NCBI GenBank assembly: GCA_910579845.1
Contig: CAJTWL010000002.1
Location: 107,074 to 171,073 of the forward strand
Direction of reading: 5' to 3'
Length of the DNA stretch: 64,000 nucleotides
Origin: an uncultured Muribaculaceae bacterium
Lineage (GTDB): Bacteria; Bacteroidota; Bacteroidia; Bacteroidales; Muribaculaceae
A program made the position numbers and the translations under genes. This document shows, piece after piece, positions 39,729-50,171 of this stretch (position 1 is the first letter of the stretch; the number at the start of each line of letters is the position of its first letter). A model generated the notes under the pieces. That model did no database searches and was not told the DNA's origin. It saw nothing but the letters and a program-made list of their open reading frames with translations.

Positions 39729-40018
39729 TCCCTGAGCATCTCGATACAACGGTCGATGTTTCGGATCAAACCTGCAATGACTTTTCGAGTTTCCGCAAGA
39801 GTATCGGGACTCTCGGCAAGCCTATAGGATACTTTCAGATACTCCACATCCAGCAATGCCTGCTCCCGCGCCTGCTGTGCCTCGGCTTCCCTCTTGCGTA
39901 ATTCGGCATTCTCCATCTCCAATTCGGAATTCCGTTTGCGCAATTCCCCCATATCTTCCTGAAGAGTGGCTATTCGCGACTCCAATTCTTCAAAGATAGT
40001 GACAAGGGATCGTGCCAT
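39725..40018 (-). CDS. Coiled-coil protein (ZapB-like position)
   Basis: Heptad-rich sequence ending LIRNIDRCI, directly upstream of zapA; TATCTTTG box at 40034-40041 on - strand. Confidence 0.7.
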   Translation of the reverse strand: MARSLVTIFEELESRIATLQEDMGELRKRNSELEMENAELRKREAEAQQAREQALLDVEYLKVSYRLAESPDTLAETRKVIAGLIRNIDRCIEMLRE

Positions 40019-40218
40019 CACTGCAAATTTTTACAAAGATAATAAATTTTACATTCCCTGACAAAAACTTTTCAATCCTATTCCTGCAAAAACATCTTGT
40101 CTATCCTTTCATTGCTCAAAAAACAGTCCGGAATATTTTCACATAGATGCAATAACAGAGATACAATAAAGGTTAAATTTTTGGCGGTTAATAGCAGATT
40201 GCCTAAATTTGCACAATC

Positions 40219-43056
40219 TTGAGGCGAACTATCCTATATATAGCGGCAATTCTCATTTTGGGAATCGCCTGGGCACAAAAGAATACCACTCCTCGAAGGA
40301 ATCTATCTAAAGGGACGGTTTCCGACACTACCACGCGGGTGCCGGAAAATATTTTGTTGTCAGACAGCTCCTTAGCCTTTCTTCCAGACAGTCTTGCTTC
40401 AGTGTCCGCTTCTGACTCACTGACGGTTCGAGATTCAACCGATATTCTTAACGGCAGGAAACCTCTTGATTCAATCTCCGATAAAAAAGCTTTTTCCAAA
40501 ATTGTCAGAGAAAAGGTCGACCTTAGCGATGCCGTAAACTTCACAGCGGCCGACTCTCTTGTGCTGATAGGTCAGCAGAATGCTTATCTTTATGGCGACG
40601 GAAATGTAGATTACGGAGAGTTCAAACTTAATTCGGCTGAGATACGCATGGAGCTTGACAGCTCTACTGTCTATGCCACAGGTGTTCTGGATTCGGTAGG
40701 GGAACTTGTCGGAAACCCTGTATTCACACAAGGCGGTGACGAGTACGAATCAAAGTCCATGAAATACAACTTCAAGACCGAACGTGGCTACATCACAGAC
40801 GTAATCACCGAACAGGGCGAAGGTTTTCTTATAGGGGACAAAGCAAAAAAGAATGCTGACGGCAGTTTCTTTCTCGAAGGCGCAAGATACACCACTTGTG
40901 ACGACCACGAGCATCCCCACTTCTATTTCCAGATCACCAAAGCAAAGATGCGCCCCAAGAAAGATGTCGTGACCGGTCCCGGTTATATGGTACTCTGCGA
41001 TGTACCGATTCCCCTCGCCCTTCCGTTTGGTTATTTCCCGTTCTCGGACAAGTATTCAAGCGGCGTGATTTTTCCATCTTTCGGCGATGACTACAACCGT
41101 GGATTCTACTTGCGCGACGGCGGATATTATTTTGCAATCAACGACAACATTGACCTCGCCCTCAGAGGAGAGATATATACCAAAGGGTCATGGGGTATTT
41201 CCGCCCATTCATCCTATGTGAAAAGATATAAGTTTCGTGGAAGCTTCGATGTGTCTTTCCTGACAACGATCACCGGCGACAAAGGAAGCGCCGACTATAT
41301 GAAAATGAAAAACTTCCAGGTAATCTGGAGTCATACCCAGGATACAAAAGCCAACCCGGCGTTGAACTTCTCGGCTTCGGTGAATTTTGCCACATCCGGT
41401 TATTCCAGAAATGATCTCAATTCATACTATAACAGCAGTTTTACGGAAAATACAAAATCATCCACAATCAACGCTTCCTACAGACGTCCGGGATCAAAAT
41501 GGAGTTTCTCCGCCACGGCGAATATATCACAGCGTTCACAGGACTCCACTCTGGCAGTATCATTCCCCAACCTGAACGTGACAATGTCTCAGATCGCGCC
41601 TTTCAAACGCAAGAAAGCAGTCGGAGGCGAACGATGGTATGAAAAAATCAAACTTTCCTATTCCGGTCAGTTCCAGAACTCCCTCACATCCAAACAGGAC
41701 GAGTTCTTTAAGAAAAATATCATCAAGGACTGGAAAAACGGATTTCGTCATTCGGTTCCTATCAGTGCGACATTCTCCGCATTCAATTATCTCAATATTT
41801 CGCCATCAATATCGCTCAACGACCGTATGTATACAAGCAAAATACGTCGTCAGTGGGATACACAGGCATCTCGGGAGATCCAGGACACAACCAACGGATT
41901 CTACAATGTTTTTGATTTCAACGCTTCTCTTTCTTTCGACACGAAACTGTACGGTTTCTATAAACCGATGAAATTTCTTGGAGACAAAGTGCAGATGATC
42001 CGCCATGTTCTCACTCCTACCGTATCTGTAAACTGGGCTCCGGATTTCGGACACCCGATGTGGGGAGCATATGATTATTACGTCTATACAGACCAGGCAG
42101 GCAACAACCGCCGCGTTGATTACTCATACTTCTCTCACGGTGTATTCGGCGTTCCCGGAAGAGGGAAAAGCGGTTCCATATCCGTGAATCTTGCCAACAA
42201 CCTCGAAATGAAAGTGAAGGACGAGAACGACTCCACAGGTATGCGCAAGGTGTCCCTGATCGAGAATCTGTCTTTGAGCAGCAGCTATAATCTTGCGGCC
42301 GACTCCCTGAAATTGAGTCCTCTGCAGGCTTCCGTCATGCTCCGGCTCGTAAAGAATTTCAATCTTAACCTCAGCACCACCTGGGATCCATACGTATACA
42401 AACTGGATGCTTCCGGCTCTCCGCGCCAGGTGAACCGATTCCGCTGGCAGGAAGGGAAAGGATTGTACAAGCTCTCTTCTGCGGGAACATCATTCTCATA
42501 TACCTTCAACAACGACACCTTCAAGCGCAAGAAGAATAATGGAAACGGAGCCGGTAACGGCAACAATGACAACGCGCAGTCTGAAGGTGAAGAGAATACC
42601 GAAGAGGAAAGTTTCTCAGGCAGAGCTGAGGCTCGACGGCGGGGGAACAGGAACAAAGAGGAAGATAACAGTGATTCCGACGGATACGCAAAATGGGAAT
42701 GTCCCTGGAGTCTTTCTGTGAACTACTCTGTCAGCTACGGCTATGGAGAATTTGACAAAAATAAGATGGACTATAAAGGCAAATTCTCACAAAACCTGTC
42801 GTTCAACGGAAATATCAGACCCACGAAAAACTGGAACTTCTCCTTCTCGGCATCATATGATTTCGAAATGAAGAAGATAGCCTACATGAACTGTTCCATA
42901 TCCCGAGATCTGCACTGCTTTACAATGACAGCCTCCTTTGTGCCCGTAGGACCCTACAAGTCCTATAACTTCCACATCTCCGTCAAATCCTCAATGCTTC
43001 AGGATCTCAAATACGACAAGCGCTCCCAGGGCAACAACAACATCCGCTGGTACTGA
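40219..43056 (+). CDS. lptD: Putative LPS assembly protein LptD (Bacteroidetes type)
   Basis: YNFKT..G, YTTCD, PLALPFGYFP, GFYLRDGGYY, RDLHC motifs; beta-barrel composition. Confidence 0.85.
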   Translation: MRRTILYIAAILILGIAWAQKNTTPRRNLSKGTVSDTTTRVPENILLSDSSLAFLPDSLASVSASDSLTVRDSTDILNGRKPLDSISDKKAFSKIVREKVDLSDAVNFTAADSLVLIGQQNAYLYGDGNVDYGEFKLNSAEIRMELDSSTVYATGVLDSVGELVGNPVFTQGGDEYESKSMKYNFKTERGYITDVITEQGEGFLIGDKAKKNADGSFFLEGARYTTCDDHEHPHFYFQITKAKMRPKKDVVTGPGYMVLCDVPIPLALPFGYFPFSDKYSSGVIFPSFGDDYNRGFYLRDGGYYFAINDNIDLALRGEIYTKGSWGISAHSSYVKRYKFRGSFDVSFLTTITGDKGSADYMKMKNFQVIWSHTQDTKANPALNFSASVNFATSGYSRNDLNSYYNSSFTENTKSSTINASYRRPGSKWSFSATANISQRSQDSTLAVSFPNLNVTMSQIAPFKRKKAVGGERWYEKIKLSYSGQFQNSLTSKQDEFFKKNIIKDWKNGFRHSVPISATFSAFNYLNISPSISLNDRMYTSKIRRQWDTQASREIQDTTNGFYNVFDFNASLSFDTKLYGFYKPMKFLGDKVQMIRHVLTPTVSVNWAPDFGHPMWGAYDYYVYTDQAGNNRRVDYSYFSHGVFGVPGRGKSGSISVNLANNLEMKVKDENDSTGMRKVSLIENLSLSSSYNLAADSLKLSPLQASVMLRLVKNFNLNLSTTWDPYVYKLDASGSPRQVNRFRWQEGKGLYKLSSAGTSFSYTFNNDTFKRKKNNGNGAGNGNNDNAQSEGEENTEEESFSGRAEARRRGNRNKEEDNSDSDGYAKWECPWSLSVNYSVSYGYGEFDKNKMDYKGKFSQNLSFNGNIRPTKNWNFSFSASYDFEMKKIAYMNCSISRDLHCFTMTASFVPVGPYKSYNFHISVKSSMLQDLKYDKRSQGNNNIRWY

Positions 43057-43170
43057 CCCTTAAGCCAATTCTTTTTTGCACCTTCGATATATTTTGCTAA
43101 ATTTGCATTATATAATATATTTAATATATTATTATATATCTAACTAATAACTTTAAACTCTAATTTATTT

Positions 43171-44562
43171 ATGAAGAAATTTTTACTCGCTTTCGCGGCT
43201 TTGGCTTTCGCAGCCGGTGTAAATGCAGAAAAAGTCGCATTCATCATGGACGGCTCACAGGAGTTCTATACAGGTGATGCCAAGAAAGTTGTTGTTTATT
43301 GCGGTCAGGAAACCACAGACTTCCTTCCCCTTTCTGCTGATTTCGGTCAGATCTCATTCACCAATACACTATTCAAGGTAGGTGCATTCCGTATCAAAAA
43401 AGCGTCAAAAATTACGGTATCTCCCGTAAATGGTATAACCATTAATAAAATTGTCGGCCGCCAACAGATTTCCGGCACCGGGAAAGCGAATGCCGGTCTG
43501 ATACCGGGATTCACATATGATGAGGCAACTCAGACTCAGACAATCACGGGACCCATTAATGCAGCTGTAACAGTAGATGCGAATGCTGAATATGAATGTC
43601 GTTTTTCCTGGATAGAGGTTGATTACAGCGGCACACCGACAGGAGTTTGTCCTCCGATATTTGAATCTACTTTCCCTGTAGTTCCCGCAGACAAGACTGT
43701 CAAGGTTGCATCAGCTACTGCAGGCGTGACATATCAATACAAAGTCGGTGCGGAAGGCACTTGGGCTACAGTTCCTGCCGATGGTTTCAAAGTATCGGAA
43801 CCGAACATTTATTATGTCAAAGCTATTAATATTAAAGGCGATGATGAAAGTTTGGTAAGCGCAAATACATTCGTTCCTATCGAGGCAGACCTTAAAATGG
43901 CGACATTTACTTTCAACAATTGGCCCGACATGGTGACAACTGCAGACGGCAAGAAATTCACAAAAGAAGATCTTGTAGCAGACGGCAGTAATAAGAGTAT
44001 CGTTATTGCAAACACTAATAATACTACCTTGTTGAAAGATGGCAATGCATTATTAAGTATCGCAAAAGGATCAACAGACACAAAAATCTACTATTCCGTT
44101 ACACTCGGTAACACAACTGACCTTCGTTACTACACAAACAGTGTCACTAAATTCGAAGTTGAGAATGGCTGCAAACTTGTGGCTGCAGTAGTAAACGGTG
44201 GGGAGCTTAACAATTATGCAAATGTCTCAACAAAAACACCGTCAAAATTTGAGAATTGCACATGCACAATGTTCCCGAAATCAAATATGAACTGGTTCAT
44301 TCTCACCAATAAAGCCGACAATACCACAAACTCGATGAGCTTTACAGCCGGACAGGGATCTGACAATAAAAATTACACCGGATATCTGGCACACGCTTAT
44401 ATCTTCTATAAAGAAGCAGGTTCAGGCGTAGCTGATCTTACAGTTGACGAAAACGCTCCTGTCGAGTATTACAACCTTCAGGGTGTGAAAGTTGCCAATC
44501 CCGAGAACGGCATCTTTATCCGTCGTCAGGGCAACAAGATCGAGAAGATCATGGTAAAATAA
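43171..44562 (+). CDS. Secreted protein with T9SS-type C-terminal sorting domain
   Basis: Signal peptide; C-terminal SGVADL..DENAPVEYYNLQGVKV.NP..GIFIRRQG; own TAAATTTG box at 43098-43105. Confidence 0.75.
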   Translation: MKKFLLAFAALAFAAGVNAEKVAFIMDGSQEFYTGDAKKVVVYCGQETTDFLPLSADFGQISFTNTLFKVGAFRIKKASKITVSPVNGITINKIVGRQQISGTGKANAGLIPGFTYDEATQTQTITGPINAAVTVDANAEYECRFSWIEVDYSGTPTGVCPPIFESTFPVVPADKTVKVASATAGVTYQYKVGAEGTWATVPADGFKVSEPNIYYVKAINIKGDDESLVSANTFVPIEADLKMATFTFNNWPDMVTTADGKKFTKEDLVADGSNKSIVIANTNNTTLLKDGNALLSIAKGSTDTKIYYSVTLGNTTDLRYYTNSVTKFEVENGCKLVAAVVNGGELNNYANVSTKTPSKFENCTCTMFPKSNMNWFILTNKADNTTNSMSFTAGQGSDNKNYTGYLAHAYIFYKEAGSGVADLTVDENAPVEYYNLQGVKVANPENGIFIRRQGNKIEKIMVK

Positions 44563-44595
44563 ACCGCAACATAAACTTGTTTAAGCAAGTTCCAT

Positions 44596-44634
44596 AAAAA
44601 TAAGGTGCTTTTCCAAAGAGCACCTTATTTTTTT
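44596..44634 (+). terminator. Intrinsic terminator
   Basis: AAAAATAAGGTGCTTTT-cc-AAAGAGCACCTTATTTTTTT. Confidence 0.8.
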
Positions 44635-44673
44635 AGTCGAATATTATATCTTTGCATAAGAAACCATGTAATT

Positions 44674-47600
44674 ATGCAGAAGTATCTGGAAATACAACGT
44701 GCGTCCGCCGGATCAGGCAAGACATATTCTTTGGCAAAGAAATTTCTATGGCTGTTCCTGACAATCCGTACCGACGATGATACACGCGAGAATTACGGAC
44801 AAGAGGATACCGTAACTTTACCGGTTATGGAGAACGGCCCTTCGCGCCGTTTGCGTACGCGTGCCGAGCTGCGCGATTCACTGCGCCATATCCTTGCCGT
44901 AACATTTACCAACAAGGCTACCAACGAAATGCAGCAACGCATTGTCGAGAAACTTTTCCAACTTGCATTTTCTAAGAAGAAGACCGAAAAGATAGATTAT
45001 CTATTGGATTTCTGCAAGATGCTCAAAGGGAGTGAAGAGATCAATGATGAAGATATCCGGCAATTTCGCAACGTATGCCGGCAAGCCATATATATACTTC
45101 TGGAAAACTATTCCGATTTCCAGGTCTCGACAATCGATTCTTTCTTCCAGCTGGTATTGCGCACTTTCGCATATGAAACAGAACTGAATGATTCATACGG
45201 CATCGAACTTGACTCCGAATTCCTTTCCAAAATGGGTATCGACAGTATCTTCGAAGATATAGAGGAGGGACGCGCATCATCCGAGGTCACATTCTGGCTC
45301 AACAAAATGATGGATAATTCCCGGAACTCAGGAAACGGATGGAACATTTTCCAACGACGTGAGAGCAAAGGTCCGTACAGCGAATTCATTTCATCTCTGA
45401 AGAAACTGCAGAACGAGGATTTCAAAGATATACGAGGGACTCTGGAAGACTATTTCCGCAATAATCCGGATTTCATATCCCTTTACGAAGACCTATATAA
45501 GAAATACGACTCCATTCCCGCCGCTCCTCACAAAAAGATGCTGAAGCTGGCCGCAAAAGTAAAGGCGCTGACCGGACAATGGAAAACAGAACCTCTTCCT
45601 TCATTTATCGGTAATCTGCAGATTCACGCCGAGAAAACCCTGACCTATAAATCCGTATATAAACTCCCGGCAGGCAACAATACATATAAGCCGAAGACCG
45701 ATGAGAACTTCGATGGGTCGACAGCGCAGAAACTGAGGAATACGGATACCGGTCTGTTTGACGAACTGAGGAGAGTCTACACAGAAATGATCAACTGTAA
45801 ATCCGAATGGCTGAATGCTCTTGAATCTCCGGAATATCGTCATTGGAGCTTATACAAGAAGCAGTTCCCGCTAATGGGATTATTGTCTGTCACACTTCGC
45901 AAACGTGAGGAATATCTTGAGGAAAACAATAACGTGGAGCTGTCGGAAACCAATTCTCTTCTACATCGTATTATAGGTAAGGATGACACACCGTTTATCT
46001 ATGAACGGCTCGGAACAAAGCTTAACCATTTCCTCATAGATGAGTTCCAGGACACCTCCCGGCTACAATGGGAGAACTTCAAACCGCTTCTTGATGAAAG
46101 CATAGGTCGGGGACAGGAAAATCTGCTGATCGGTGATGCCAAACAGAGTATCTACCGTTTCCGCAACGCCGATCCCTCCTTGATCTCGTATAAGGTGCAA
46201 CAGACCTATCCCGGTCTCACACCTGTCGGGGACGCACCCAAAGAGAACACTAACCACCGCAGCGACCACAACGTTGTAAATTTCAACAACCGTCTCTTCA
46301 GATTCCTCTCTTCATCAATTGAAGATGAAAAAACACAGAAGATGAACGGGAAGGCATTCTCCCCCAATTTCAATTTCAAGGAGCTTTACAGCAATGTTGT
46401 CCAGAATTTCAAGAATAACAACGAGACCGGTCATATCTCTCTTAATTTTATAAAGTCCAATACAAATGACTATCCGGAGGTTATCTGTTCCAGACTCATA
46501 ACATGTATAGAGGATATCCTGTCAAGAGGTTTCTCAATGGGAGACATAGCCATTCTTGTAGATCGTAACGTACAGGCGGACATGATTATCCAGGCTTTTC
46601 TTGAATACAATTCAAACGAAAAGAACCGTCTCAAACTTGAATTTATCTCTGAGGAATCACTTAAACTGAGATCATCGCCGGCAGTAAGTGTTATTCTTTC
46701 CACTCTTGAGACAATATCGCGAGGAACAGATCCGGAAATCGTGTACTACAAGGATTCGGGACGCAGATCTGTCAACTGGGATCAGATACGCAGTAATTTC
46801 CGTTTATATTGCATGAAAAACAGGGACAAGGATGTGGCAGAAGCTCTTGAAGAGTTCCTGAAAGAAGGCAGCGGCTCTGACGCCATCGCCGAGATGTTGT
46901 CGTCAATGCAGGCAGTAACACTTCCCGCTCTCGTAGAAGGGATTACGGCGTCATTCCTGTCTGACGACATCAGACATGAAAACGCCCCTTATATAGCGGC
47001 GTTCCAGGATACCGTGCTTGAATATTGCGAGGCATATCCGTCCGATATACCCTCGTTTCTTGACTGGTGGGAGAAACGCAAGGAAAAGTTCTCCATCTCC
47101 TCTCCGGAAGGGATGGATGCCATAAAAGTGATGACGATACACAAATCCAAAGGACTTGAATTCTCCTGTGTTCTGGTTCCATTTGCTAACTGTAGCTTCA
47201 TCAATACAAATCCCCGAAAGAAAGAATGGAGCTGGGTAGTACCTGATATCATATATGCCGAGGGGCACAAACTCCCCCCATACATACCTGTAGATACGGA
47301 CTCTTCCCTCACCGGCACATCACACGAAGACAGATTATGGAAATATGTGGAAATGTCGACAATGGACAATCTTAACAAATTATACGTCGCATTCACACGC
47401 GCTGTCCATGAGCTTTACATATTCTGCCAGGAAAGCACCAAACCGGCATCAAATTCTTTTACCTCCATGCTTAAAATTTTTATTGATGGCGAAGAAATAA
47501 AATTTAACCGTATCTCAGAATCTGACGACACATCAATATACACGACCGGCGAAAAATGGACGCCGTTGGAATTAGAGAGTCTTAAAGACAGGGAATCTAA

Positions 47601-48183
47601 AGAAAAAAAGGGAAACAACACTTCCGGAACCATTATCCTTGATGACTATAACTCGACTGCCACTCCAAGTTTCGTAAAATACCGCGAAGAAGATGCTCCT
47701 GATATTATAGATGCAGACAATGTTTCCGATGAGGATCTTGATAACGATCCGCGCTCAGAAGGGAATATATTTCATGCAATAATGCAACGCATCAGAGTTC
47801 CTGAAGATATTCCGTCAGCTGTGACTTATCTGAGACGTAAAGGCTACTATTCACCGAAGGATGCTGAAGATATCATCTCGTTTCTCAGAGAAAAACTTAA
47901 TAGACCGGAGATAAAGGGATGGTTTGACAAGTCCAACAGAATAATCAATGAACGGTCCATAATAGACAGATCAAAAATAGAACGCCCCGACAGAATAATC
48001 ATTGACAAAAATAGGAACGCCGTAATAATAGACTATAAGTTCGGAGAAAAAATGGACGACAGCAAATATGGTGCACAGGTAAGAGGATACGTAAACAAGC
48101 TTAAGGAAACAGGCAAATTTCTCTCCGTTAAAGGTTATATCTGGTACGTAAAGCTGAACAGGATACTGTTTGTAAGCGAATAA
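44674..48183 (+). CDS. UvrD/AddA-like helicase with C-terminal PD-(D/E)xK nuclease
   Basis: ASAGSGKT, TFTNKA, IDEFQDTS, GDAKQSIYRFR, TIHKSKGLEF, YVAFTRA, RPDR..IIDYKFG; TATCTTTG box at 44647-44654 supports ATG 44674. Confidence 0.92.
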   Translation: MQKYLEIQRASAGSGKTYSLAKKFLWLFLTIRTDDDTRENYGQEDTVTLPVMENGPSRRLRTRAELRDSLRHILAVTFTNKATNEMQQRIVEKLFQLAFSKKKTEKIDYLLDFCKMLKGSEEINDEDIRQFRNVCRQAIYILLENYSDFQVSTIDSFFQLVLRTFAYETELNDSYGIELDSEFLSKMGIDSIFEDIEEGRASSEVTFWLNKMMDNSRNSGNGWNIFQRRESKGPYSEFISSLKKLQNEDFKDIRGTLEDYFRNNPDFISLYEDLYKKYDSIPAAPHKKMLKLAAKVKALTGQWKTEPLPSFIGNLQIHAEKTLTYKSVYKLPAGNNTYKPKTDENFDGSTAQKLRNTDTGLFDELRRVYTEMINCKSEWLNALESPEYRHWSLYKKQFPLMGLLSVTLRKREEYLEENNNVELSETNSLLHRIIGKDDTPFIYERLGTKLNHFLIDEFQDTSRLQWENFKPLLDESIGRGQENLLIGDAKQSIYRFRNADPSLISYKVQQTYPGLTPVGDAPKENTNHRSDHNVVNFNNRLFRFLSSSIEDEKTQKMNGKAFSPNFNFKELYSNVVQNFKNNNETGHISLNFIKSNTNDYPEVICSRLITCIEDILSRGFSMGDIAILVDRNVQADMIIQAFLEYNSNEKNRLKLEFISEESLKLRSSPAVSVILSTLETISRGTDPEIVYYKDSGRRSVNWDQIRSNFRLYCMKNRDKDVAEALEEFLKEGSGSDAIAEMLSSMQAVTLPALVEGITASFLSDDIRHENAPYIAAFQDTVLEYCEAYPSDIPSFLDWWEKRKEKFSISSPEGMDAIKVMTIHKSKGLEFSCVLVPFANCSFINTNPRKKEWSWVVPDIIYAEGHKLPPYIPVDTDSSLTGTSHEDRLWKYVEMSTMDNLNKLYVAFTRAVHELYIFCQESTKPASNSFTSMLKIFIDGEEIKFNRISESDDTSIYTTGEKWTPLELESLKDRESKEKKGNNTSGTIILDDYNSTATPSFVKYREEDAPDIIDADNVSDEDLDNDPRSEGNIFHAIMQRIRVPEDIPSAVTYLRRKGYYSPKDAEDIISFLREKLNRPEIKGWFDKSNRIINERSIIDRSKIERPDRIIIDKNRNAVIIDYKFGEKMDDSKYGAQVRGYVNKLKETGKFLSVKGYIWYVKLNRILFVSE

Positions 48184-48196
48184 GAAGCCGGATTAT

Positions 48197-48238
48197 AATA
48201 CGAAAGCGACTCGGAAATCCGGAGCCGCTTTCGTATTT
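48197..48238. terminator. Terminator hairpin between convergent genes
   Basis: AATACGAAAGCG.CTC...GAG.CGCTTTCGTATT. Confidence 0.7.
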
Positions 48239-48259
48239 AACATTCTCAGTAGTGGGCTG

Positions 48260-49249
48260 TCATTGATTCTGACTGAACAGATTCTTGATTGAGCCTATAG
48301 ATGAAAGGACGGATGATGCCTCATAAGGCATAAACACAGTCTTATTGTCCTTACCACTGGTCATATCCTTTAATGTCTCGATATACTTCATTGCCAGCAT
48401 ATAGGTTGCCGGATCCGTCTTGGATGCGGCTACAGCCTCCGCAACCTTGCGGATTGCATCAGCCTCAGCCTGGGCATTAAGTATGATAGCTTTTGCTTCA
48501 CCCTCGGCACGAAGCACTTCAGCCTCCTTCACTGCCTGTGCCTGATTGATTTTCGAGGTCTTCTCACCTTCCGAGCGAAGAATAAGCGACTGCTTCTCTC
48601 CTTCGGCATTCAGAATCTCAGCCCTTCGGTTACGTTCCGCCTGCATCTGCTTCTCCATTGCCACGCGGACACTCTCCGGAGGTGTGATATCCTGAAGTTC
48701 TACACGGTTGACCTTGACACCCCATTTGTTTGTAGCGTCATCCAGAATAACCTGCAGTTTTGAATTTATAGTGTCACGCGACGTCAGCGTCTCATCAAGT
48801 TCCAGTTCGCCAATCACATTACGGAGCGAGGTCTGTGTAAGCTTCTCAATCGCATTCGGCAGATTGTCTATCTCATAAACAGCCTTCTTCGGGTCTGTAA
48901 TCTGGAAATACAGCAGAGCGTTGATCTCCGTAGTAACATTATCCCGGGTAATCACCTGTTGCGACGGAAAATCGTAAACCTGCTCACGCAGATCGATCAC
49001 CGGCGTGGACGTCAGTCTTACCATTGTGCGTCCCCCTATTGAATTCTGAATAGAACGCGTGTATATAGTCTTCGTACGATCCACAAACGGGATAATGAAA
49101 TTGAGACCAGGAGAAAGAACGCTGTGGAAACGACCGAGCCGTTCCACCACCCTTGTCTCTGATTGCGGAACCACCTTCACGCCTGCTGAAATTATCACTA
49201 TTGCCAGAATCAATACGACAATTGCTAAAAAAATAGATACTGCATACAT
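48260..49249 (-). CDS. SPFH/Band 7 (QmcA-like) protein
   Basis: VVERLGRF, IDLREQV, VITRDN, WGVKVNRVE, QMQAERNRRA motifs. Confidence 0.93.
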   Translation of the reverse strand: MYAVSIFLAIVVLILAIVIISAGVKVVPQSETRVVERLGRFHSVLSPGLNFIIPFVDRTKTIYTRSIQNSIGGRTMVRLTSTPVIDLREQVYDFPSQQVITRDNVTTEINALLYFQITDPKKAVYEIDNLPNAIEKLTQTSLRNVIGELELDETLTSRDTINSKLQVILDDATNKWGVKVNRVELQDITPPESVRVAMEKQMQAERNRRAEILNAEGEKQSLILRSEGEKTSKINQAQAVKEAEVLRAEGEAKAIILNAQAEADAIRKVAEAVAASKTDPATYMLAMKYIETLKDMTSGKDNKTVFMPYEASSVLSSIGSIKNLFSQNQ

Positions 49250-49280
49250 ATGTTTAAAATTTTTAAGGAGCAGTTTATTA

Positions 49281-49345
49281 GAAACTGTTTAAATTTATTT
49301 TCGGAGGATTCTGAATTTTAAACCGGATTAAATTCAAACGCACTC
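49281..49345 (+). repeat. Internally deleted hybrid remnant of the structured element family
   Basis: TTA then 32/34 match to the copy-1 left end; TTAAATTCAAACGCACTC 16/18 match to the copy-3 right end. Confidence 0.7.
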
Positions 49346-49347
49346 TC

Positions 49348-49809
49348 TTATATAGAGTCTTCCGGCAATTCGGCAACTGTAAGAATGATGCTGTCATATC
49401 CGGTTACAACCACTTCACGTCCATGTCTGATAACTTCATTGCAATGCGGAGCACAGACCTGCCAGTTATCACCATCTATTCTTGCCCTGCCAAGTTCTCC
49501 GGGGCGGATCTCCTCGACTACAACAGCCTTTCGCCCAAGCAGGGCATCCATACCTGTACGGGCATCCCTCCCCTCCTTCTCGTCCATGCTGGCATGCCAC
49601 TTCCTGAATACCGGCATCAGGAATACATATGCGGCAACAGCGGCGACAGCCATTACCACAATCTGATATGGAACCGTCAAATCAAAAAATGTCGATATCA
49701 TTGCGGCAAGACACCCTATGGCAAGACATATTGTCCATATCATTTGGGATATCACCTCTATAATCACCAATACTGTGCATATTATAATCCATACAAGCCA
49801 CATATCCAT
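49348..49809 (-). CDS. NfeD family protein
   Basis: N-terminal TM helices; ALLGRKAVV, IDGDNW OB-fold; paired with the SPFH gene. Confidence 0.9.
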   Translation of the reverse strand: MDMWLVWIIICTVLVIIEVISQMIWTICLAIGCLAAMISTFFDLTVPYQIVVMAVAAVAAYVFLMPVFRKWHASMDEKEGRDARTGMDALLGRKAVVVEEIRPGELGRARIDGDNWQVCAPHCNEVIRHGREVVVTGYDSIILTVAELPEDSI

Positions 49810-49838
49810 AATGCTTAATTTCAGAAGTTATCACATTT

Positions 49839-50171
49839 TCATTTCACCTTGAAGCCCAGTTCACGCAGAATTTCAGAGAGTCTTTCCCTGCATTCCCCTT
49901 GAATAAGTATCTCTCCGCCTCTTGCCGATCCACCGACGCCAAGCTTCCGTTTCAATTCCGAAGCGAGTTCCTGCAGTTCATTATCTCCACATTGAAAACC
50001 CTCTGCGATTGTAGCAGTCTTACCCTTTCTCCCCTTCTTCTCGACCACTACATGAACCGTTCCCTTTTTACAGTCCGTACAGTCAACCGTGGAATCTTCA
50101 TCCATGGCATCCTCATCAGCAGCTTCCGGCAGATCTGCGCGAATCCGCGACAGCATATCCTTCCAGTCCAT
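49839..50171 (-). CDS. SUI1/YciH translation initiation factor
   Basis: EKKGRKGK.AT, LKRKLGVGGS, ILIQG motifs. Confidence 0.92.
   Translation of the reverse strand: MDWKDMLSRIRADLPEAADEDAMDEDSTVDCTDCKKGTVHVVVEKKGRKGKTATIAEGFQCGDNELQELASELKRKLGVGGSARGGEILIQGECRERLSEILRELGFKVK

Noticed and set aside
44674..48183. Helicase-nuclease fusion as a possible defence system
   Set aside because: Motifs and context fit the housekeeping AddA/UvrD-like repair enzyme, and there are no defence-type neighbours.
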